Shown here in pieces: positions 34,820 through 42,032 of a stretch of DNA of 64,000 nucleotides. Under the pieces are notes generated by a model. That model saw only the letters and a program-made list of their open reading frames with translations, did no database searches and had not been told where the DNA came from. The stretch lies in NCBI GenBank assembly GCA_029547225.1, contig JAKPPS010000028.1, positions 12,405 to 76,404 on the forward strand, written 5' to 3'. The DNA is from a bacterium (GTDB taxonomy: Bacteria; Patescibacteriota; Dojkabacteria; SC72; WJKH01). Within the stretch, counting starts at the first letter, position 1. Each line of letters opens with the position of its first letter. The position numbers were made by a program, and so were the translations under genes.

Positions 34820-35062
34820 TTGATTATAAGTGTTATTGCAAAAACAAAATCTAAAAGTAATAAAGTAGTGCCAGTAAGCGATAGTGGTTATACCGGTAAG
34901 TCCTTTATAGTTTATACAAAAGAAGGTCCAATAGATAATAGAGCAAATATAGATATTATTAAGCAATTAGCAAAGTATTATGGTATTGCTAAAAGCAACA
35001 TAAAGATAAAATCAGGTCTTTCCTCGAAAAACAAACTTTTCATTATCGATATTGAAGAATAA
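34820..35062 (+). CDS. DUF167 / YggU-like small protein (TTG start)
   Basis: 80 aa. The pattern ...VYTKEGPIDNRANIDIIKQLAKYYGIAKSNIKIKSGLSSKNK matches the DUF167 core. Confidence 0.65.
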   Translation: MIISVIAKTKSKSNKVVPVSDSGYTGKSFIVYTKEGPIDNRANIDIIKQLAKYYGIAKSNIKIKSGLSSKNKLFIIDIEE

Positions 35063-35404
35063 TAGCCTCACTGATTCCTAATCGTGATGGTTTATTTCCT
35101 TATTCTTTTCAGAAGTAATACTTATGGAATTCGGTTTTATCGAATATTTTAATTTTGTTCTTGATAATCTTGTTGTTAATATTGGCTATTAGTTTTGGCT
35201 TAATGGAGAAACAAGTGTTTAGACTGATCTGCTGAACAATTTCGTAAATCCTAAAAATCTCTTACAAAAATATCTCATTTGAGTAAAAATAATGTCAAAT
35301 GAAATAATATCTAAGAAAATAATTCACAAGTAATTGCAGTAGAGCAACAAAACCAAGTGGGTAGAAAATTGAACGACTTGTCAACCCCTTGAATACTATT
35401 GACA

Positions 35405-35452
35405 CCACAAGATGTTGGGGGTACGCTATGAATAAGATACAAGCAGTTGTGG
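35405..35452 (+). promoter_or_regulatory. Two candidate NrdR boxes overlapping a TTGACA -35 element
   Basis: CCACAAGATGTTGGGG (35405-35420) and ATACAAGCAGTTGTGG (35437-35452). Both have the CAA-N4-TTG core. Their centres are 32 bp apart, and TTGACA lies at 35399-35404. Confidence 0.5.
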
Positions 35453-35487
35453 TAATGTAAAGATTATAAGATGTAAACTATTTTGCT

Positions 35488-35964
35488 ATGAGATGTCCAT
35501 ATTGTGGTTCGAAAGAGAGTAGAGTAGTAGATAAAAGAGATGGTGCAGATGACGGAAATACTCGCCGCAGACGTGAGTGTCTTAAATGTTATAAGCGTTT
35601 TACTACATACGAGCGAATAGAAAATGTCGAGCTAGATGTGCTAAAAAAGGATGGGACTATTGAGAAGTTCAATCGTGATAAGATTATTCGAAGTATAAAT
35701 AAGGCTATAAGTAAAAGGCCTATATCTGATGATCAGGTGTTAAAACTCGTAGAAGATATTGAAATGAAGCTGTTAAATCGTAAGGCTAGCGTGATTAAAT
35801 CATCAGAAATAGGAAAAATGATTTTAAATAGGCTTAAATGGCTCGATGGCGTTGCATATATGCGTTTCGCATCGGTATATAAAGATTTTGAGAATCTAGA
35901 CGATTTTCAGACTGAATTAATCTTATTAAGAGAGTATTATGCACAAGAACGAAAAAAGCATTAG
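35488..35964 (+). CDS. nrdR: Transcriptional repressor NrdR
   Basis: MRCPYCGS...CLKCYKRFTTYE zinc ribbon followed by an ATP-cone. Confidence 0.95.
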   Translation: MRCPYCGSKESRVVDKRDGADDGNTRRRRECLKCYKRFTTYERIENVELDVLKKDGTIEKFNRDKIIRSINKAISKRPISDDQVLKLVEDIEMKLLNRKASVIKSSEIGKMILNRLKWLDGVAYMRFASVYKDFENLDDFQTELILLREYYAQERKKH

Positions 35965-38275
35965 TAGTACGAAAACTACAAAAGTCAGTAATATTCACAA
36001 TATAACAATAAATGGAGAAATAGTTGATAAAAATTTGACTAATATCCCCAATCCTATACGTAAAAGAGACGGAAGAGTAGTCCCATTTGAGTTTACTAGG
36101 CTAGCCAATTCGATTTTCAAGTCAGCACAGATTATTGGTGGTGATGATAGGGAAAGAGCTAATGAGGTTGCAGTAGAGATAGTTAAGAAAATTCGTTCAA
36201 GGCACAGTGATACTGAGGAGATTATAGAAACTACAGAAATCTACGATATTGTCGTTGCGACTTTAGTTGAGATGGGTCATGGAAAAACAGCTAAATCATA
36301 CACTTTATATCGAGATCTTAACACACGAGTTCGTAATATTAAATCGCTTATCGATGCGGACGAGTTGATCAAAGGTTATATTGATAGTGTTGACTGGAGG
36401 GTTAACGAGAATGCCAATATGTCTTATTCTTGGCAGGGATTAAATAATCATATATCTTCTACGGTACAGTCAAATTACTGGCTTTGGAGTATTTATCCAA
36501 AAGAAGTATCAAATGCGCATGTTAATGCAGATTTACATATCCATGATCTCGGTATGCTTGCGATTTATTGCTGTGGATGGGATCTCCGACAGTTGTTGAT
36601 GAAAGGTTTTAGAGGTGTTCCTGGTAAAGTAACTTGTTCTCCAGCGAAGCATTTTAGGACTGCTTTAGGCCAAGTTGTTAATTACTTCTATACTTTGCAG
36701 CACGAGGCTGCAGGTGCTCAAGCTTTCTCAAGCTTTGATACTTATCTTGCACCATTTATCAGATATGACAAACTTGAATACAAGGAAGTTAAACAAGCAT
36801 TACAGGAGTTCGTATTCAATATGAATGTCCCGACTAGAGTTGGTTGTCAGACTCCATTTACAAATGTGACTTTAGATTTGAAACCATCAGGTCAGTTGGC
36901 ACAAGAATCAGTGATAATCGGTGGCAAGCCAATGCCAGAAAAATATGAAGATTTCCAGGAAGAAATAGATATGTTTAATCGTGCCTTTGCTGAAGTGTTG
37001 ATGGAAGGAGATGCTGAAGGTAGGGTTTTCACATTCCCAATTCCTACATACAATATTACATCTGATTTTGATTGGGATAATAAAGTGCTTGATCCGGTTT
37101 GGGAGATGACAGCAAAGTACGGAATTCCATATTTTGCAAATTTTGTTAACTCAGATATGAAACCAGATGATGTTAGATCAATGTGTTGTCGATTAAGAAT
37201 TGATAACCGTGAACTACGGAAAAGAGGTGGTGGTTTGTTTGGTTCCAACCCGATGACGGGAAGTGTTGGTGTAGTTACAATCAACATGCCACGGATCGGA
37301 TATGTTGCGAAAACAAAGGAAGAATACCTGAAACGACTTGGTGAGCTCATGGATATCTCTAGAAAGAGTCTTGATATTAAAAGACAAACAATAGAGAAAT
37401 ATACTGAAAGAGGGTTATATCCATACTCAAGATTTTATTTAGCAGAGGTTAAAGAGCGCTTCGGAGAATATTGGAAGAACCATTTCAATACTATTGGTAT
37501 TTGCGGAATGAATGAATCTGTACTTAATTTTCTCGGCAAGGATATTGTACATGATGAGGGTCGTGCATTTACTCTGGAAGTCTTAGATTTTATGCGAGCT
37601 AAACTGATGGAGTATCAGCAAGAATCAGGCCAGATATTCAACCTTGAGGCCTCACCTGCAGAAAGTGCGGCCTATCGATTTGCTAAAAGTGATCGCTCAA
37701 AATATCCGGATATTTATGTCGCAAACGATCCAAGATATAAAGCAAATGTGGTTGGCTCTTGTTGCGAAAATTGTATAGATAGTGATTGCAAAGATACTGG
37801 TTCGTCAGATCCAAGTTTTGCACCTTTCTACACTAATTCAAGCCAGTTACCAGTTGATAGTACCGATGATATTTTTGGTGCATTAGATCATCAAGATGAA
37901 ATTCAATGTAAATATACTGGTGGTACAGTTTTACATATTTTCTTGGGAGAAAGATTACCGTCAATCAAGAGTACAAAAGAGCTTGTTCGTAAAATTGCAC
38001 AAAATTACAAGATGCCATATTTCTCAATAACTCCAACATTTAGCATATGTCCAAAACATGGGTATCTAGCAGGTGAACACGAATTCTGTCCAAAATGTGA
38101 TGCTGAGATAGGGTATGAAGAAGGTAAAGATTCTTTAAAGAGTGCAGATACAAAAGTTGCGAATGTAGAAGAGGGCTCAAATACAGATAAAGATGATGCA
38201 AAACTTTCAGTGTCTGGTAAAAATGTAGAGCATTTAAGAAAACAGAATGATACGAGTGATAGAGTAGTAGGTTAA
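35939..38275 (+). CDS. nrdD: Anaerobic (class III) ribonucleoside-triphosphate reductase, large ORF ending inside the glycyl-radical motif
   Basis: N-terminal ATP-cone (RKRDGRVVPFEF). NrdD core blocks (HIHDLG, CCRLRIDNRELRKRGGGLFG, LEASPAES). First zinc-ribbon pair CPKC at 38087. The ORF ends ...SDRVVG-TAA. Confidence 0.9.
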   Translation: MHKNEKSISSTKTTKVSNIHNITINGEIVDKNLTNIPNPIRKRDGRVVPFEFTRLANSIFKSAQIIGGDDRERANEVAVEIVKKIRSRHSDTEEIIETTEIYDIVVATLVEMGHGKTAKSYTLYRDLNTRVRNIKSLIDADELIKGYIDSVDWRVNENANMSYSWQGLNNHISSTVQSNYWLWSIYPKEVSNAHVNADLHIHDLGMLAIYCCGWDLRQLLMKGFRGVPGKVTCSPAKHFRTALGQVVNYFYTLQHEAAGAQAFSSFDTYLAPFIRYDKLEYKEVKQALQEFVFNMNVPTRVGCQTPFTNVTLDLKPSGQLAQESVIIGGKPMPEKYEDFQEEIDMFNRAFAEVLMEGDAEGRVFTFPIPTYNITSDFDWDNKVLDPVWEMTAKYGIPYFANFVNSDMKPDDVRSMCCRLRIDNRELRKRGGGLFGSNPMTGSVGVVTINMPRIGYVAKTKEEYLKRLGELMDISRKSLDIKRQTIEKYTERGLYPYSRFYLAEVKERFGEYWKNHFNTIGICGMNESVLNFLGKDIVHDEGRAFTLEVLDFMRAKLMEYQQESGQIFNLEASPAESAAYRFAKSDRSKYPDIYVANDPRYKANVVGSCCENCIDSDCKDTGSSDPSFAPFYTNSSQLPVDSTDDIFGALDHQDEIQCKYTGGTVLHIFLGERLPSIKSTKELVRKIAQNYKMPYFSITPTFSICPKHGYLAGEHEFCPKCDAEIGYEEGKDSLKSADTKVANVEEGSNTDKDDAKLSVSGKNVEHLRKQNDTSDRVVG

Positions 38276-38359
38276 GCGTGTGGCAGTTACTGCCCCCACT
38301 GCCAGAGGTAGTAACAATATTGTTTAAACAGGTAGTAATAAATTATTATTAAAATCAAA

Positions 38360-38536
38360 ATGCAACAAGTTAAAGTTAGCCAAGTCAAAGACTTAAGTCA
38401 ACAAAGACAAAGATGTGAAGTATATTCAAGAGTTGTCGGCTATATCAGACCTGTCGCTCAGTGGAATAAGGGGAAAAAGGCTGAATGGAATTCCCGCAAA
38501 ACTTTTATTGAAGGATGTACGACTTGTTCTTGCTAA
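38360..38536 (+). CDS. 58-codon ORF encoding the NrdD glycyl-radical C-terminus (not in the supplied track, which omits ORFs under 60 aa)
   Basis: My translation: MQQVKVSQVKDLSQQRQRCEVYSRVVGYIRPVAQWNKGKKAEWNSRKTFIEGCTTCSC. It contains the RxxGY radical loop and the conserved WN.GK..E tail. It is in the same frame as nrdD. Confidence 0.6.
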   Translation: MQQVKVSQVKDLSQQRQRCEVYSRVVGYIRPVAQWNKGKKAEWNSRKTFIEGCTTCSC

Positions 38537-38608
38537 TACATATCTTGCAGGCTTGATTTCTTCATATGCTAATCTGAACTGATCAGATTGCAATAATATT
38601 TCTTATAA

Positions 38609-39394
38609 ATGAGACCTATATATTTTATCGAAAAATCTACTCTGTTGGATTATCCTGGCAAGATAGCCTCAATTATCTTCAATTGGGGCTGTAACTTTAG
38701 ATGTCCATTTTGTCATAATCCAGAGCTTGTAGTTGAGAGTCCGAGCTCAATGTTAATCAATAAAGATGGGGTGATTTCTTTTCTGAAAAAACGATTAGGG
38801 AAGATAGATGCTGTAGTTTTTACTGGTGGAGAACCTTTTGTAAATCCGGAAACAATAGATTTTGTTAAGGAGGTGAAGGATTTGGGTTTCCTCGTAAAGA
38901 TGGATACTAACGGTAGCTTTCCTGATAAATTGCAATATTTAATTGATAATCGTTTGGTTGATTATATTGCTATGGATATTAAGAACGATTTGACAACATA
39001 CTTAAGAACAATAGGACTTGAAAAACAGCACGAAGAATCTGTGAAACAACTAGGGGATATTGATATACACAATGATAATTCCGTGAAACAGAGCCCATTA
39101 AGCTTGTTAGAACGGGTAAAAGAAAGCATATCAATAATTATGGCAACTTCAGAAGCTAATTATCTGATAGATTATGAATTTCGTACGACTTTTGTACCTG
39201 GACTTCATTCAATTGATTCTGCTAAGGGTATTGGTGAATTGATACGTGGTGCAAAAATATTTTATGTGCAGAATTTCAGGCCTGGGAAAACATTGGATCC
39301 TTTATATTTGAAAAAGAATGGTTTTACTGATTCGGATCTGAAATCCTTTGCAGATACTATCTCAAAATATGTTGATGAGGTGGTTATTAGATAG
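38609..39394 (+). CDS. nrdG: Anaerobic RNR activating enzyme (radical SAM)
   Basis: CNFRCPFCHN (CxxxCxxC) near the N-terminus and a GGEP glycine-rich SAM motif. Sits directly downstream of nrdD. Confidence 0.9.
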   Translation: MRPIYFIEKSTLLDYPGKIASIIFNWGCNFRCPFCHNPELVVESPSSMLINKDGVISFLKKRLGKIDAVVFTGGEPFVNPETIDFVKEVKDLGFLVKMDTNGSFPDKLQYLIDNRLVDYIAMDIKNDLTTYLRTIGLEKQHEESVKQLGDIDIHNDNSVKQSPLSLLERVKESISIIMATSEANYLIDYEFRTTFVPGLHSIDSAKGIGELIRGAKIFYVQNFRPGKTLDPLYLKKNGFTDSDLKSFADTISKYVDEVVIR

Positions 39395-39504
39395 TAATTA
39401 TGGCTTACAATTTTTGTTTAAATCGGAAAGCGTCAAAAAAATTCTTTTTTGATTTCACCAGATGAATTGTATCTTTTTAATTCTCAGAAACTATATGAAT
39501 ATTT

Positions 39505-41241
39505 CTATTTTCTATTTTCCCAGCAAGCATCAATGAATCCCATGAAGATAGGGTGTGGAACAAGGAAACGAGATTTGAGTTCAGGGTGATATTGTGTGCC
39601 GATGAAAAATGGGTGGACTGATTTTGGAAGTTCTATCGCTTCTACAAGTGAACCGTCTGGAGAAGTACCTGCAATCAGTAAACCTTTATCTTCAAGTTGC
39701 TGTCGATAGAAGTTGTTGAATTCATATCTATGTCGATGCCTTTCTGATACATTAGGTAGAGTAAAAAGATAGTTTCCGAATTTCTTGTAACAATTTTCTA
39801 GCTGGGATTTAGGTTTAACAGCGCAAGGATAGGCACCAAGTCTGATAGTCCCTCCGAAGAGATTTATTGCCATAAGTGATTTTTGATATTCCATAAGGTG
39901 AATGACGTGATTCTTTGAGTCCGTGTCAACTTCTTCAGAATTTGCATCTTTGATACCGAGAACATTTCGAGCATACTCGATAACAGCCATTTGCATACCG
40001 AAACAGAGGCCAAGATAGGGGATTGTATTCTCTCTGGCAAGCTGTATAGCTTTGATCTTGCCTTCTGCACCTCGAGATCCCCAGCCCTGAGGAACAATAA
40101 TTCCGTCACTGTTGTTTATCAGTTCTTTTTGAGCCTTTTTGTCGTCTTCAAATCCATCTGAAACGTACCATTTTATATCTGCTTCTTTATTTTGTGCCCA
40201 GCAGGCATGCTTTATTGCCTCAATAACTGAAACGTAAGCATCTTTTAGATCAAAATCACCGCTTTTATAATACTTACCTATAATACCGATACGAACTTTC
40301 TTGGAGCGATTTGTCGCGCTACTTAGCATTTTAATTTTCTTTTTCCAAGCGGGGTAAAGTGAAGTCTCTTTGTATTTTAAGTTTAATTTATTACAAATTT
40401 TGTCAACGATTTTTTCATCTTGGAAATTAATAGGTATCTTGTAAACATTGTTTACATCGGGAGCTGCTATGATATGCTCTTTTGGTATGTTGCAGAAATA
40501 GCTAATCTTTTCCCTTCTTATGTCATCTGGTTTTTTGACTGAACGAGCTAAAATAAAGTCTGGAGATATCCCTTGTTTATTTAGAAATCTTACTGATATT
40601 TGAGTCGGTTTTGTTTTCATCTCACCAAGTTTTGAAGGGATAGGTAAGTAAGCCACATGGATATGGATGACATCGTTAGGTCTGTGAAGTTTCATTACTC
40701 GGTTAGCTTCTAGGAATAATTCTGACTCATATTCACCGGCTGTACCACCGATTTCGACAGTTACTACTTGTGCGCCTGTTTTCTCGGCACAGTTTTCGAT
40801 CTGAGAAATAATCTGTTGTGGTACATGAGTATATACTTGGACACATTTCCCTTTATATTTCATCTCGCGTTCATTCTTAAGTACTTGAGAATAAATTGAA
40901 CCGGTAGTCATGTAATTTGTTTTGGAGAAAGTTTCATCAAGGAATCGTTCGTAATGTCCCATGTCCATGTCGGTTTCTAGGCCATCTTCGAGTACGAAGG
41001 TTTCGCCGTGCTCAAGTGGATTCATTGTGCCCGCATCAACATTTACATACGGATCTGCTTTCATCATACTTACTTTAATACCATGAGATTTAAGCAAGAA
41101 TCCGATCGAAGATGCGGCGATACCTTTACCTACGCCTGATATTACTCCTCCGGAGATAAAAATAAATTTTGTAGACGCGTTGGCTTTTTTGCCATTGTTT
41201 TTATCTACTTTAGGGGAATTTTGTTTGTTTTGTGTGTGCAT
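39505..41241 (-). CDS. pyrG: CTP synthase
   Basis: Synthetase domain FISGGVISGVGKGI. Glutamine amidotransferase domain GLCFGMQ and HRHRYEFN. Confidence 0.95.
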   Translation of the reverse strand: MHTQNKQNSPKVDKNNGKKANASTKFIFISGGVISGVGKGIAASSIGFLLKSHGIKVSMMKADPYVNVDAGTMNPLEHGETFVLEDGLETDMDMGHYERFLDETFSKTNYMTTGSIYSQVLKNEREMKYKGKCVQVYTHVPQQIISQIENCAEKTGAQVVTVEIGGTAGEYESELFLEANRVMKLHRPNDVIHIHVAYLPIPSKLGEMKTKPTQISVRFLNKQGISPDFILARSVKKPDDIRREKISYFCNIPKEHIIAAPDVNNVYKIPINFQDEKIVDKICNKLNLKYKETSLYPAWKKKIKMLSSATNRSKKVRIGIIGKYYKSGDFDLKDAYVSVIEAIKHACWAQNKEADIKWYVSDGFEDDKKAQKELINNSDGIIVPQGWGSRGAEGKIKAIQLARENTIPYLGLCFGMQMAVIEYARNVLGIKDANSEEVDTDSKNHVIHLMEYQKSLMAINLFGGTIRLGAYPCAVKPKSQLENCYKKFGNYLFTLPNVSERHRHRYEFNNFYRQQLEDKGLLIAGTSPDGSLVEAIELPKSVHPFFIGTQYHPELKSRFLVPHPIFMGFIDACWENRK

Positions 41242-41605
41242 AAATCAGTATATCAGAGAAATTTTTATTGTTAAGATGATAGCTAAATTTTTCTGAAAAA
41301 GTGAAAAAGCTTGTATCACATTGACGATCCTTATAGTAATGGTATGATAGAGTGCACTCCAATGTGGTTGGATATATAAATTGTATTATTATTTTTTTTA
41401 GTATTGCGCTATTTGAAATATTCCTGAATATATTTTTGAAAGTGCATTTACGAATTTTTCAAAAAAATAGGAACTTATTTTTTGAGAAAAATCTTTTTTT
41501 TATATTTCTATGATATTCGTAATAATTAATTTGGATGAATAATTTTCTGTAGTGTAGGCAAAAAAGAGTAGAATATGGTAAAATATTAGCGTTTAGTTAT
41601 TTAAT

Positions 41606-41679
41606 GCACCCGTAGCTCAATTGGTTAGAGCATTGGTCTTCGGAACCAAAGGTTGTAGGTTCGAATCCTATCGGGTGCG
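41606..41679 (+). tRNA. tRNA-Arg(UCG), no encoded CCA
   Basis: Acceptor GCACCCG/CGGGTGC, anticodon loop CTTCGGA, T-arm GTAGG-TTCGAAT-CCTAT. Confidence 0.9.
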
Positions 41680-42032
41680 TTTTGTTTTTTTTGTATTATG
41701 TCATTGCAGATCAGATATCTGCGAATTATTTCCATCCATTGTTTGCAGTCGGTTCACGATACTTAATTCTTTTCAAGTAAATTGCAATCATCATTTGGTT
41801 TCTTAATTCGTGCTTTTGTTTCACACTGCGTATTTCTTTACTCTGAAATTATGCCATATTTACGGTCGTATTTATTTGTACACGCCAAATGGGTAATATT
41901 TTTGTATTATCTGTTTCACGGAAATTCTATACAAAAATGGTAAAAATTATATCAATTTGGACTGAAAAATTTGGTAATTAATTTTATTTCATTGGGATTG
42001 AATATTTTGAATTAATAAAATAGAATGTAGTT

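Noticed and set aside
38273-38437. Intein or classical group I/II intron as the cause of the nrdD interruption.
   Set aside because: An intein would keep one continuous ORF and show the splicing blocks; instead there are multiple in-frame stops. The 165-nt gap is shorter than known self-splicing introns, and I see no domain V-like or P7-like elements. RNA-level removal is kept only as an untested possibility in the finding.
41621-41806. 61-aa ORF with a TTG start.
   Set aside because: It begins inside tRNA-Arg(UCG) and reads through its T-arm and trailer, so it is an artefact of the tRNA sequence.
41680-42032. T-box leader upstream of argS (also considered for leuS at 25975-26053).
   Set aside because: There is no T-box consensus (AATTAGGGTGGTACCGCG-like) and no specifier-loop or antiterminator arrangement visible. 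The region is instead occupied by dispersed repeat copies.
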